From Daphnia carinata (taxonomy: Eukaryota), in contig NC_081332.1 in assembly GCF_022539665.2 (NCBI RefSeq), positions 7,440,001 to 7,504,000 on the forward strand: a stretch of 64,000 bases of DNA. Direction: 5' to 3'. Position numbers and translations under genes: made by a program. The notes beneath the pieces are model-generated. The model was not told where the DNA came from, made no database searches, and worked only from the letters and a program-made list of their open reading frames with translations. Each line of letters opens with the position of its first letter. The stretch's first letter is position 1. Positions 24,001 to 35,599 of this stretch are shown one piece after another.

Positions 24001-27000
24001 TTATTCTTCCGCCAATAACCGGATCCGTTCCTTTGCTGCAAGGGCTGCTTGACGTGGGGGGCGAGGTGATGGAGTTGGATCTGAAGAGACGGTTTGAATC
24101 GGATAATGTGGAGAAGCTTCAGACGTCTCAGTGACTTCTAATGGATATAATTTTGAGACGGGGCGGTTCGTCTTTCCTTCGGCGGTGCGAATTTCAGCAA
24201 TGCGGATTTCTCCATCTGGGCTGACGATGAGCTTCTCTATAATGGCCAACTTCCAGTCTATTCTAGGCCCTTCGTTGTGAACTAGTACAACGTCGCCAAC
24301 CTTGGCGCTGGATTCAAAATGTTTTCCGGAAACGATGTGACGTTCGCGTAGGCTGGTTAAGTAGTCCCTCTGCCAGCGTTTCCAAAAGGACTTCAGAATG
24401 CGTTGTCGACGAGAAAACATATTTAGCAGATGAGATGGTTTCTCGCCAAAGGTGGGGTCCAGTAGCTCTTCGTCGGTGGCTGGATCGTAGGGAAAGCGAG
24501 TTAGGCGGTCTCCGTAAAGAAGGTGAGAGGGTGTAAGTGCCTGAGGATCACGCAAATCGGATGACACGTAGGTGAGAGGGCGATCGTTAAGAATGGTCTC
24601 GATTTCCGCGACGATTATGCGAAACTCATTAAACTTGAGTCGCGTACGACCGAGCATTTTCTTTAGAGCTTCTTTGGTGAGACCGACGAGACGCTCCCAA
24701 AAACCACCATACCAAGGGGCGCGCTTTGGGATGAAACGCCATTCGATTTGGTTGTCTGAAAGGTATTTGACGACTTCAGTGCTCTCGTAGAGTCTTTTTA
24801 GCATTCGGGCGGCGCTTTCAAAGGTGGTCGCGTTGTCTGATAGTACCATCCTCGGCTGGAAATGGTGAGTTATGAAGCTCCTAAAGGCTAAAATGAAATT
24901 AGCTGTTCTAAGGTCCTCTACCAGCTCAAGGTGGATGGCGCGGGAAGTAGTGCAAGTGAAGAGGCAAATATAAGCTTTTGATTCTTCCTGACCAGGTAGA
25001 GCTCGGATGGGAAATGGGCCGGCAAAATCAATTCCGGTCACGGCAAATGCCCTATCGCCACGGACGCGAAAACTAGGTAGACTGGCTGAGTTTGGAGCTC
25101 GGTATGGAGGTCCGTTCACCCGGCGGCAGGTTGTACAAAGTCGCACGACAGCTTTCACCTGTTGTCTGATGGAGGATATCCAAAAACGTTGGCGGATATG
25201 ACAAATGGTGGAAGCCACGCCAGAGTGTAGAGCACGTTCATGATAGAATCGTATGATGATCTCCGAAAGCTTAGAATTCTTAGGGATAAGAATAGGGTTC
25301 TTCGCGTCACTGGATAGATCAGCATTAGTTAAACGTCCTTGGCAACGAATTATGGAATTATTGTCAATATAAAGGTCCAGCTGAGATACCAATGAAGGGC
25401 GGCGTCCTCGTTTGTCACCACAGAGGTAATCGTATTCAGCTGCGAGGAACCGGAATTGGAAGGAGTGAATCCATTTGATCTCAGCTTGATGGAGCTCATT
25501 AGTAGATAGAAATCCCTGTATCCATTTTTCTTTCTTCTGGCGAAAATTATTTAGTTGGCGGAATAAAACAGCTGTTGTTCTCTTCAAATAAGTCCAGTTG
25601 AAACGGCTAATGTCCATGACTTTTGCGATATCGGTTGTGAGCGGAAGACGAGTTGGAGCCGTTTTGGTAGAAATGTCCATTAAATGAAGGATCTTAACTT
25701 GATTCAGCCTCGATACGCTCCATTGTGGCCAATCTTCGCGAGATGGTAACCAAGAGGGTCCGTTTATCCAAATTGGGGATGCTTGAAGCTGTTGTAGAGT
25801 AATGCCTCTGGTTTGTAGGTCTGCGGGGTTTGATGTAGTGGGGCAATAGTTCCAAGTAGCCAGATGAAGTCGATTGAAGGCTTGGATTGTGGCGATGCGG
25901 TTGGAAACAAAAGGATTTTTGAGTCGATCAGCTTTTGAAAGCCAATATAAAACAATTTGACTATCTGACCACATAAAAATCTCCAAAAGAATGTTAAGGG
26001 ACTTGAAAGCCGTTATGATAGTAGTTGCCAGACGAGTGCCGATAATCGCCGCCATCAGTTCCAGTTGGGGTAGAGTTAGCTGGGGAGTATTTCCTTTCAA
26101 CGGGGTGACTCTAGCCTTTGACATGACGAATGCTGTATCTTGACCATCCAGAAGATACGCAACCGCGCCGTAAGCTTGCTGACTGGCGTCAACAAATACG
26201 TGGAGTGAGTTCAGCCGAGATCGAGTTCCAAAATAGGAACGGCGAATCTTTGGTTTTGCATTGACTAGTGAGTTAGCCAGACTGTTCCATTTGTCAGTGA
26301 AGGGAGAAGGTAATGGATCGTCCCATTCTAGTTTTTCTTTCCAAATTTGTTGAATAAGTATGCGTGCCGGGATGGAGAGCGGTGAAATAAAACCCAGAGG
26401 GTCGTAGATGGAGGCGACTGCTCGTAGTAGATCACGCTTCGTAGCTTTTGGCGTACGAAACTGTGGAAGGCTGAAATGTGGAAGCTGTAGTTGGTCGGTC
26501 GTGCGATCCCACAATAATCCAAGAGCTTTTGTAAGAGACGAAGCGTCGGCTACCCCGTCAAGAATAGCGCGATTGTTAAGAGATGCGTCGCTGAATGCCC
26601 AAGAATGCAAGGATAAAGATGCAGCTTGAAATGTTGAAATAGATTCAGCATAGTAAATCGAGGCTTCAGCTGTAGTTTCACTGCCGGACATTAAGTTATC
26701 CACGTAAATGTTGGACTCGATATTAGCACTGACGGGGGATGAGTAACGTTGTAAATGCTTCTTGATCACCGAATTTAATATGAAGGGACTGCTACTTGCG
26801 CCGAATGGAATTACCTTGAAACGATATATTGCGAAGTCAGACTCTGGATCGTTGTCATCACTTAGCCAGAAGAAACGGACAAAATCCCGATCGGCTTCGT
26901 AAAGTTGAACCTTATGGAAGGCCTTTTCGATGTCGGAGAAAAACCCAATGCGATGAACGCGAAAACGAAGAAGAATGTGCAGCATGTTGTTTTGCAGGGG

Positions 27001-29289
27001 TGGACCAGTAAGTAGACAGTCGTTCAGGCTCGCTCCAGATCGAGTCCTACATGAGCAGTCGTATACAATTCGTATAGGAGTAGTTATAGAATCCTTTTCA
27101 ACTGGAAAATGTGGAATGTAATGGCAGCCTTTTGGAGTTTGGAGAGTACGAGGCACCTCTTCTATAAATTCAGCCTCCAACTGGTCGCGGATGATCTTGC
27201 TATAAAGTTGCAGCATGTTTGGCTTTTTCAATAAGCTGTGGACGGTGTGGCGAGTTCGGCGCTGACAAATTAGGTAGTTAGACGGCAGCACCGGATGTTC
27301 AGTTTTCCATGGCAAACGCGCAGTGTATCGGTTGCAATGATAGGAGATGCACGAAGACTGATACGTCGCAGCTGAGTCGTTACTTTCGTCGTCCGGAACA
27401 ATTCCCAAAACTTCTAGGGACCATAATTGACTGACGTCATCATGTTGGATTGCGGAGATATGGTAGGGGGAGTTTTGAGAGGAAAGAAACTTATCCGGAA
27501 GTGGGCCGGAGACTAGATAACCAATAAAGCTGCTTACTGCTGTGGGGCCTGTCCCGTGAATATTGCCGTCTTCAACAATTGACCAATAGGAGTCAGCTCC
27601 AATCAAGATATCCACTGTAAACGGGGTGTTTGTTGTTGGTGGATGAGCTAAATGGAGATCCTGTAGGTGAGGTAACGTAGAAAGGATTGTACGATACGGG
27701 TCTTCCAATGGTTCCACTAATGTTTCAAGAACCACGGCCTGAATTTGAACACGATCGCCATTAAGACCGTTAAGCCAAAATTGGACCACGTCGTAGTAGC
27801 TGGGGTCTAGATATCCTCCAGATAGACCTTGGAAGCCGGAAAGAGAGAGTAGTACTCGTCGTATTGGATGGAGCCGGAGAATATTCGCCAGACGCGTTGT
27901 AATGAATGTAAGCTGTGATCCATCATCAATAAGAAGGTTAGCGAGCTGAGATTTTGAATGGGAACAAACTGTAGCTACAGCGGTTTTAAGAAAAACGAAA
28001 GGCATTGAACTTGTTTTGATTGCTGCCACGATCTTTGAGTGTGTTTTGTTCAGGAGACAGCCAGTATGGGTTGAAGAGGGCTTGGCAAGGAAGTTGGTGG
28101 AGGTATTCTTGTCAAGATGAAGGCTGGTGTGATGAGGTTGCTGACAACGTTGGCAGCGATAACGAGACGGGCAGTCTTTAATGTTAGTGTGCCCTGCATG
28201 GAGGCAGTTTAGACAAAGCTTTTTGACCTTAGCGACCTTTGCGCGTTCTTCTGGCCCTCTTACTTCACTGCACTGTGTTGGATAGTGCTCACCTGAACAG
28301 TAAGGGCATAACTTCTTTTTAACCGGATGGGATGACGCGAAAAGTACTTGCTTTGTCGGGCGATTTGGTGTAAGCTGGTCATAGCTGTCACTCATAATAT
28401 CTATCTCTCTTCTAATGGCCGCTCTGAGCTCGTCGAGAGACCACTCTGAGTTGCCCTGATGTCGCGTGAGATTTCTACGCACATCACAAGAAAGCTTGTC
28501 AATGAGGAGGCAAACCAAAAGATCGCCATAAGAGTTAGGAGTGGTACCGAGAGCTTCGAGGCCGCGGATATGGGATTCGAGTTGATCGGCAAAGGAACGG
28601 AGACTGGAACGGGTTGAAGCTGCAACGGGCAGATTGATGAGAGCCTTGAAATGAGCAGTAACGACTTTCTTTGGTTGACTGTAGCGCTCACGTAAAAGAT
28701 CCTTGGCTTTGACGTAGTTGTCGTTAGATGAAGTGAGTCCAAGAAGAGCGGCTTTAGCTTCCCCTTCGAGTTTTGAAATAAGGAAATTAAATTTTGTGGC
28801 GCCACTGTAGCTTTTCGCATCTACTTCTGCTTCAAATACGTCCCAAAAACTGGACCATAGAAGAATGTCTCCCTTGAAAACAGGTAAGTCGAATTTTGGA
28901 AGGGCACTGGCGGACGGAGTTGGCGCGACAGGAACGAGTGGAAGTTGAGGAGCAAGTGCAGCTGTAGCAGCATCTTCTTCAGATTGGAGCGCTGCCAGTT
29001 GGAATTCAAAGTTGTCTCTGGCGTCACGAAAAATTTGGTTGGTGTTATCAGCGCCATCCATCTCTTCCTCTAAATCTGATGGATCCGTTTGAGTAAAAAT
29101 GGCATTGTCAAGTGTTTCAATAGCCGCAATTTTCGTCTCCAGATCGGCAAGTTTTCTACGAAGCTCATGAATCTTTTGCACCCTAGTTTGATCGTTATTA
29201 GCTACAATGTCAGCCATTTTATTCACCATACGTGTAGCAGCTGAACGATTGCCACCGCGTTGGGCGGTGAGACGAGCGCGGTCTGCCAT
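24001..29289 (-). CDS. BEL/Pao Gag-Pol polyprotein (1762 aa: DUF1759-like Gag, three Cys/His knuckles, protease, RT, RNase H, integrase)
   Basis: LPKFDLPVFKGD, CPYCSGEH/CLNCLHAGH/CQRCQQPHHTSLH, LLIDDGSQ, SDIEKAF, YVDN, FVDASQQAYG, GIDFAGP, SDNATTF, GGFWERLV, RPVSKLYPLE. Confidence 0.97.
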   Translation of the reverse strand: MADRARLTAQRGGNRSAATRMVNKMADIVANNDQTRVQKIHELRRKLADLETKIAAIETLDNAIFTQTDPSDLEEEMDGADNTNQIFRDARDNFEFQLAALQSEEDAATAALAPQLPLVPVAPTPSASALPKFDLPVFKGDILLWSSFWDVFEAEVDAKSYSGATKFNFLISKLEGEAKAALLGLTSSNDNYVKAKDLLRERYSQPKKVVTAHFKALINLPVAASTRSSLRSFADQLESHIRGLEALGTTPNSYGDLLVCLLIDKLSCDVRRNLTRHQGNSEWSLDELRAAIRREIDIMSDSYDQLTPNRPTKQVLFASSHPVKKKLCPYCSGEHYPTQCSEVRGPEERAKVAKVKKLCLNCLHAGHTNIKDCPSRYRCQRCQQPHHTSLHLDKNTSTNFLAKPSSTHTGCLLNKTHSKIVAAIKTSSMPFVFLKTAVATVCSHSKSQLANLLIDDGSQLTFITTRLANILRLHPIRRVLLSLSGFQGLSGGYLDPSYYDVVQFWLNGLNGDRVQIQAVVLETLVEPLEDPYRTILSTLPHLQDLHLAHPPTTNTPFTVDILIGADSYWSIVEDGNIHGTGPTAVSSFIGYLVSGPLPDKFLSSQNSPYHISAIQHDDVSQLWSLEVLGIVPDDESNDSAATYQSSCISYHCNRYTARLPWKTEHPVLPSNYLICQRRTRHTVHSLLKKPNMLQLYSKIIRDQLEAEFIEEVPRTLQTPKGCHYIPHFPVEKDSITTPIRIVYDCSCRTRSGASLNDCLLTGPPLQNNMLHILLRFRVHRIGFFSDIEKAFHKVQLYEADRDFVRFFWLSDDNDPESDFAIYRFKVIPFGASSSPFILNSVIKKHLQRYSSPVSANIESNIYVDNLMSGSETTAEASIYYAESISTFQAASLSLHSWAFSDASLNNRAILDGVADASSLTKALGLLWDRTTDQLQLPHFSLPQFRTPKATKRDLLRAVASIYDPLGFISPLSIPARILIQQIWKEKLEWDDPLPSPFTDKWNSLANSLVNAKPKIRRSYFGTRSRLNSLHVFVDASQQAYGAVAYLLDGQDTAFVMSKARVTPLKGNTPQLTLPQLELMAAIIGTRLATTIITAFKSLNILLEIFMWSDSQIVLYWLSKADRLKNPFVSNRIATIQAFNRLHLATWNYCPTTSNPADLQTRGITLQQLQASPIWINGPSWLPSREDWPQWSVSRLNQVKILHLMDISTKTAPTRLPLTTDIAKVMDISRFNWTYLKRTTAVLFRQLNNFRQKKEKWIQGFLSTNELHQAEIKWIHSFQFRFLAAEYDYLCGDKRGRRPSLVSQLDLYIDNNSIIRCQGRLTNADLSSDAKNPILIPKNSKLSEIIIRFYHERALHSGVASTICHIRQRFWISSIRQQVKAVVRLCTTCRRVNGPPYRAPNSASLPSFRVRGDRAFAVTGIDFAGPFPIRALPGQEESKAYICLFTCTTSRAIHLELVEDLRTANFILAFRSFITHHFQPRMVLSDNATTFESAARMLKRLYESTEVVKYLSDNQIEWRFIPKRAPWYGGFWERLVGLTKEALKKMLGRTRLKFNEFRIIVAEIETILNDRPLTYVSSDLRDPQALTPSHLLYGDRLTRFPYDPATDEELLDPTFGEKPSHLLNMFSRRQRILKSFWKRWQRDYLTSLRERHIVSGKHFESSAKVGDVVLVHNEGPRIDWKLAIIEKLIVSPDGEIRIAEIRTAEGKTNRPVSKLYPLEVTETSEASPHYPIQTVSSDPTPSPRPPRQAALAAKERIRLLAEE

Positions 29290-29605
29290 AACAAATACCA
29301 GAAATTTAGGACAGGCTTAGAAATTTGCAATACCCACGAGTTAAGCGCCGTGCGTAGCGGCGTGGGTAGTGCCGTGCGCAGCCACGAGGGACAACACGAG
29401 GGACAAAACACGAGATTTGTGGACAATCACTGGTGAAATGGTGACGCAATGAATGATGAGATGAAGATGAAATGATATAAGTCTCGCTGTTTTGAACAGA
29501 CCCTAGTCAATATTGCCGAGCATGGGCGTCGAAATCGTCGTAAGTACGAGTGAGATGGCTGAGCGAGAGCCAGATAGAAACCTACACTTGTGTTTTTTTT
29601 TTTTC

Positions 29606-29617
29606 GTTACGGCACCA
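29606..29617 (-). promoter_or_regulatory. Primer-binding site, probably tRNA-His
   Basis: Minus-strand TGGTGCCGTAAC, 3 nt from the LTR. The complement of the tRNA-His 3' end is TGGTGCCGTGAC (one mismatch). Confidence 0.7.
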
Positions 29618-29620
29618 AAA

Positions 29621-29919
29621 TGTCAGAAATAACGACACCGAACTAGATTAACTAGTTTATTCGAGGCGAACACAGCGACGAGAAGAATATTGAGTTGAGT
29701 GGACGAGAGAGAGAATGTTGAGTTCAGTTAACGAGAGAGAGAGAATACTGCACGAGATGGTTGAAACCGCAGGACGTCGACTGACCATTAGCAAAAAAAA
29801 AGGGGAGACAAAGGGGCAAAAAGGGGGGGTAAGCGTCCAAGTTCTAGATTGCGAAACTGTGGCGTACAGTGATGCCAAATATGAGTGAGAAAATTTAAGT
29901 CTGAATGTAATTTTCGACA
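29621..29919 (-). repeat. 5' LTR of the intact Pao element
   Basis: Same sequence as 23681-23979. Confidence 0.97.
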
Positions 29920-29924
29920 AGTCA

Positions 29925-30085
29925 GTTACCGACGTGTATCTGAGGCTAACGGTCAGGTTCTGATTCAGCTAAGTGCCTTCTCTTATTTTAATATTGTGTT
30001 TGAGAATTGATCTTTGTCTCGTGTTGAAGTGAGTGTTCAATTCTTGTAACTTGTTTTTAACGACGTGCCGACGGGTTGTGTTACA
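29925..30085 (+). repeat. 3' part of the Gypsy-1 3' LTR
   Basis: Continues after the AGTCA TSD to GTTACA (30080-30085), the inverse of the TGTAAC start. The reconstructed LTR is about 517 bp; the end point is inferred. Confidence 0.55.
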
Positions 30086-31029
30086 CCTCGTCTTCATCTT
30101 AGATCTACTCTCTTATTCGGCTCGCGCTACCGCGGTAAGCTCACACTACAATTATTCCGTTTCACTTTCTGTTTCCCTTTTTATTCAATAGCTTTTTTCT
30201 TATGTCTTTATCCAAGACTTCTTGTATTTTACATGCTTAAACTAAGACAAATATAGTCGTCATTGTGGGTACAACGCCGCTGAGTTCTTTTAGTTCTTTT
30301 ATCCTTTTATTCTTTTATTCTTTTTATTCTTTATTGTCTTAAATTCGTAAAGTCAATCTTCCCACACGGGAAGATGCTTTACAGTTCCATCAAAGTTTAA
30401 CAGGTATTTTTCTTCCTGTATATTAGGAGCTTGAGTCGCCAGATTTACTGTTACGTTTTCCGCTAGAGGGGCATATGTAGAACATTATCCACCGTCGGAG
30501 ACTGCCGACTCATATAATGATTAGCGGTTAGCTTTGGTAGGCCTAGCCCCTTATGGGAGCCAGCGTATTCGAGCGGCGTTCAACGGGGAATCCACCGCTT
30601 GTGAGTGGAAGGTTCCATTATGGGGAACTCAACCGTGATATGGGGGTAGGTTTGTGAGCCGAGACACCTTTCGACAGACAAAGGACCGTACCTTGGAAAA
30701 AGAGATTGATATACGAAAGCAGATACTTGTGGTGTATGAGTTGGGTGGATCCGGCAACGCAGGGAGTCCGATACGCCAGATGTCGGCAATACATGACCAA
30801 GGACTGGGTGTGGTGGATATCAGACGCGGGCAGACGGCAGGATAAGCCACATCAACAGCAGGACAACGGACTGAGCGGTCGAAGAGAGAATGAACACGAA
30901 GCAAAAAAAGGTTACCGGAAGAGTGACTGAAGAGGAGATTTCCAGACTCGGTGCAGAAATCGTGTGTGTATTTCTCGGGTCTGACCGGCCCTTATATACT
31001 CATACAAAAAACCACCGTTGACAAATCAA

Positions 31030-32070
31030 TTAATTAACTATACATAAACTTAAACGTTGGCCCAGAGGTCACTGCTGCTCTTCTTTCTTCTGGTCACGGG
31101 ATGATCCCTTCCTGTGATACTCCAACCTTTCCTCTTCCGCCGCTTGAAGGGGTTTTCTTGTGATTAACGCCCTTCGTCCTCCCGTTGGTTTCTGGCATCC
31201 GGTTTGGTCGTCTATCGCTAGAGACCGTTCTATGTAAGTGTGGAAAGAGTCAGCTTATTACAATATCATTGTCCGGGCCCATGCCTTCCGTTTTTCTATT
31301 ACGCGGCGGAAGTATTCTTTCCTTCGGCCACGTTTAACCTTATGCTGTTATACGGTGTGTCTGTCCTACCTTGCTGAACTCGGATGGATTTCCTCGTCTG
31401 GGTATCCGTCCACCGATTCCTCACTCCTTCTTTGGCCCGTTGTTTCTATCGCTGTTCCGGCCTCAACCCCTGACTGTGGGTCGGACGTCGGATTTTCTCA
31501 TGGCTGGCTCATCCACTCTTTGTGTTCTGATTGTGAATCTGGTCTGCAGGAAGAGACGGTAGTTATCCGGCTGAAAAGATAAGAATATCGAACGTAGACC
31601 GGGTGTTGTGGGAATGGCTTCACCTTCTCCGGCAGAAGGTGGTACTGTAGTGTCTTGCCAGTCGTTCGAGATTCTTGCGCACAGGAACCAGTTCTCTGCG
31701 GTATTATCCAAGTACATGCTGAAATTGTTTCTCTTGTCAGCAATGCCCCATCCACTGTGGGTAGAAATTGTCTCGTAGCGCTCCATACATTGGCGCGCAT
31801 CTTCGTTCGGGCTACCCTCGGAAGAAGGAGGACTAATAAATTTTCTGACAGTTGCCATAGCTAGTCTCTGCGGTTGCTCAATGTGCTCCCATGGCATTTC
31901 AATTGTTGATTGTCGAGAATCTTTCACGACAATCTCGAGAAGAGGAAGTTTGTGATACATTGACACTTAGTCTAGTAATTGCAGAAAGAGTACACTCTCA
32001 GTTTCCTACGATGTGTATTTTCGTTAAGTTGGAGTCGCATTCAAGTTGATTCTGCTGAGTTGACGCCTAT
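31030..32070 (-). pseudogene. Decayed Ty3/Gypsy gag fragment with leader
   Basis: ISPPSSEGSPNEDARQCMERYE...GW...FSMYLDNTAENWF, a typical Gypsy capsid N-terminus. Confidence 0.7.
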
Positions 32071-32649
32071 AAGATAAAAAGGGAAGACCGATTTTTCGTT
32101 TCCTTGTCGCTTCTTGTTGTTGGAAGTCGGAACAAAAGAAACCCCCACCCTACGCTCTTCTTTAATAGCCCTGCTCTAGATATATATGTTTACGTATTGT
32201 AATAAACAAGATCAGAAAACTTTCGAATGGCCGCACACGCAAAAAAGAAGAGAGGAGCAGCTTGACCCTTGGTCAAGAGCGAACGGTAGGGGAGGATTGT
32301 TAGAAAAATATAAAGATACAAGCTATACGTATCTAAAAACTGGATAGTGTTATTATAAAAATGTATAGCAAGTGATCTGTTTGTGTGTATGTGTTTGTGT
32401 GTGTTGGGAATCTCGAAAAAGCGTTTCAACTTGTGTATCCATCGCAAAAAGAACTACTTTCAGTTACCATCTCCATCAGTCTACCTTTAGTCTTCAGTAA
32501 ACCTTTCGGTCTTTACAAACACTTGTACCACAGTGCAACAATACAACTTATCACCACTATTTCCCACATTCTCTAATATTTGAAAAGTAAGGAACAGACA
32601 TTTCGCACCTTACAATGATTCATCGTTCACCTCATCGGATGCACTAAAG

Positions 32650-33090
32650 GAGTTGAGACCTTGATCATTGGAACTCCACGATTTCAGCGTAAACCAGCTT
32701 TTTGGACTATAAAGTTCGTTTCTTTATAGTAAATTAGTGATTCTTCAGTGATGTCACCTCCAGTCAAGAGATTATCCAGTATATATTGTCCATATCTTGT
32801 GCTATTTTGTTTGTTTCAGATGAAAGATGATTTTTGATGACTGATAAGAGGATGAAAAGTGAACTGTTGGCGCCAAAGGAGAAACGGTAAATTTTCATAT
32901 CCGACTCGGATCCTTGCCATCTTTGATCCAAGAAAATCACACGAAATCGTGGGCGTCTTCGTGAAGTTGGACTTGGTGATAGGCCTTTTCAATGTCCGCT
33001 GTTATGGCGATTACGTGAGCACGAAATCGAAGTAGAATCTCCACCATATTATTTTGCAATGATGGTTCCGTTTTCAAACAGTGGTTGTCG
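32650..33090 (-). pseudogene. BEL/Pao RT fragment related to the intact Pao
   Basis: LQNNMVEILLRFRAHVIAITADIEKAYHQVQLHE, compared with LQNNMLHILLRFRVHRIGFFSDIEKAFHKVQLYE in the intact element. Confidence 0.8.
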
Positions 33091-33213
33091 ATGCTAGATT
33101 GGATGAGTCTCGTGATGGCACCACGATTACCCGCCCTTCTGCTTACGATAGCGTTGAGATACGCTATTGTTCACTTGGCGATCCTGGTTACGACACCAAT
33201 TTATGTCGGTCTT

Positions 33214-33344
33214 TCATAACAATCCCGAGAAGAGGAAGTTGTAGATAGATTGAAACTATTCTAGTAATTGCAGAAAGAGTACACTCCAACGTGGAGTATT
33301 TTCGAAGTTGTAGTCGCTTTCAAATTGATTTTGCTGAGTTGACA
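33214..33344 (-). repeat. Diverged copy of the Gypsy leader at about 31924-32064
   Basis: Shared blocks CGAGAAGAGGAAGTT, TCTAGTAATTGCAGAAAGAGTACACTC and TGCTGAGTTGAC. Confidence 0.75.
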
Positions 33345-35599
33345 CACCACTTAACGCGAAAGGACTTACAATGCAACTGCCTTTGGTGGTCACACGAGGA
33401 GCCGAAGTTTTCTGAAAACCAATGACACACGAAAACAAAAGAGACGCGAAAATCAGCGTGATTTTGGGGTGGAAAAGAAGGGGTAGACGCGAGAATGAAC
33501 AGTGGGATAAAGATGAAGATGGGGAAAGTGAAGGAGATTTAGAAAATTTCCGACATTGATCAACGACCAGAACAACTGGACTCGATGCCGCTCTCAAATC
33601 GATCTCTGGTTTTGGTCCCGACTCTAAATTCTTTACAGTCCTGACCGATCCACCCTGACCGTCAGCTTCCTCAAAACGGATTCTTGTGTAGGATCTTCAA
33701 AATTTTCGACTTCGCCAGCAACAGCAATTTTCTTCTCTGACAGTGAATCTGGGGTAGGCAAACTTTTTACTGGAACGCTTGACAGCTCTCGAAACGGATG
33801 TAATCGTTGCTTGGGATCTCTTGGGCAAACAATCTCTTGGGGGGAACAAACAATCTGAGTGTACACTGATAATCTGAATCAGAACGGCACTTTAGCAAAG
33901 GCAGTAGGAGCGAGGTCTTGTTGGCTCGAGAGTTGGAAAGAGACTAAATAGCGTGGGGCGAAACGTGGTCGAAAAAGGACGCTACTCGCCCACGCCATCT
34001 AGGCTGGCTGGAGCGTATTTCTCCTACGAGCGCTAGATGACGTAGTGGCAGCCACAAACTCGACTAATCGAGTTGGTAACTGCATTTTGTACTCTTCTGT
34101 AAATTACTCTCATTTCGGCGGACGCATCCACGTATCTCTCTAAATGCTGATTCTTTTACTGATTTCTTCCCCACGGTCCTAGCTGAAGAGCGGGTGACTC
34201 ATCTCTGTGAAGAGATAACCACTTCTCTTTTTTATCCGCAACAATATTTGCCTCGAACTACATTATCGTAGGACCAGCTTGTCCTTTAGCAAAATTAACA
34301 TATGAAGGATTCAAGATTTTCCTAGCCGTCTGCCTGGTACACTGGTGATTAAAACAAAACCGTCATGTTGCAACTGCTAAATAATCAGAACGAAAAAACA
34401 CAACAAATATATGATGTATTAATCGGCAAAGCCAGCCATGTCTGTAAAACAGCTGAAAGGACTAAATTGTAGACAAAAACAACTCAGTGGCAAAACGCCT
34501 GTTTAAAATTAACAGAATTTAGAGTAACGGTCATACGATGTGATGACAAAACTTCTAGCCAACGTGCACACTGAGCTCAGAATAACAAGTATCCAAGTTA
34601 ACTTGAGACCATAACTGACAATGATTCAGACTTCTTTTTAAATATTCAAAATATTTCATGTATTGCACAAAAAACTGAAAAGAATTCCAACAAATATAAT
34701 GACGACGAAGGCCGTTTTCATAAAGAAGGTGAGAATAAAGCATATTGACATCGATATTTCATGTAGCAACTGGAAAAGTTTACCGTCTAGCTAAATATCA
34801 ATCAAAATTTTTTACGTGAATTTCAGTTTGCAAACCTTTGCTATTTTTATCAGATGCCAAGTTCCTTTTTTAAAAAATCCTTAACTGTCTAATCGTGTAA
34901 AAAACAAAGATTAAAAAAAAATATGAGCAAAATCGCCGAAGTTATGCAACAAAAGGTGTTTCATGATCTTTACCGTTGGCTTGTTTCATGTTCATCACTT
35001 TTGCGGTTTTCATGCCAACATATTGCCTGCGGATTTCGTCCAAAGTGAAAGGAACGAACTTTCTTGTCCGGTAGGGCAGTATGTTAGTAAAGGCCATCTA
35101 GATGAAACATTGCAGCCCCATTTCTGTTTCTTACGGCTACCACCCGCTCCAGTTGAAATAAAATTCAAATATACAAATATTCATTTGCAACTCATTTAAA
35201 ATCATCCCTCATCACACATTTATCTTTGCCACACTTCACATGCACGTGGTGTACTGCATAGATTTAGTTGTGCCTAGCAAATAGGGGGGTTTGAAAAGTA
35301 CGTGACAATTAAGGCAGCATTAAAATACCCGATTGGCAGACGGACCAAATGGCCACACACAACCACAACGACATGCAGCTTCGTACAAGTCAATGTTTTA
35401 AGTAGGAATCTACTAACATGGGTATAAAAAACCGGATCGGTGATAAGAATAAGAGAACATGATTACCAACAAAGTAGACACGTCAAAAGAGCAATTGTTC
35501 TTTCATCAGATGGCATTTGTTCACAAAGAGAGGAATTGACATGCAGTGAGAAGTGTCAGAAACGTGGGGTTTAGAAGCAGAAGAAACATAATTGCAGTT

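Larger units (their letters stand above)
23681..29919 (-). mobile_element. Intact, young BEL/Pao LTR retrotransposon (6239 bp)
   Basis: Two TG...CA 299-bp LTRs, identical on visual comparison. TSD AGTCA (23676-23680, 29920-29924), PBS, PPT and one uninterrupted ORF. Confidence 0.97.
11060..30085 (+). mobile_element. Gypsy-1: env-bearing Ty3/Gypsy element (gag, pol, accessory region, env, PPT, 3' LTR), decayed and carrying a nested Pao; 5' LTR not found
   Basis: Collinear plus-strand gag, PR, RT, RH and INT, then env, PPT and TGTAAC. That pol and env belong to one element across the 5.5-kb spacer is inferred. Confidence 0.7.

Noticed and set aside
30449..31023. LTR-like segment starting TGTTACG
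   Set aside because: No matching partner, clear end or TSD was found.
33880..34245. Possible LTR or promoter-like segment
   Set aside because: Termini and TSD could not be defined.
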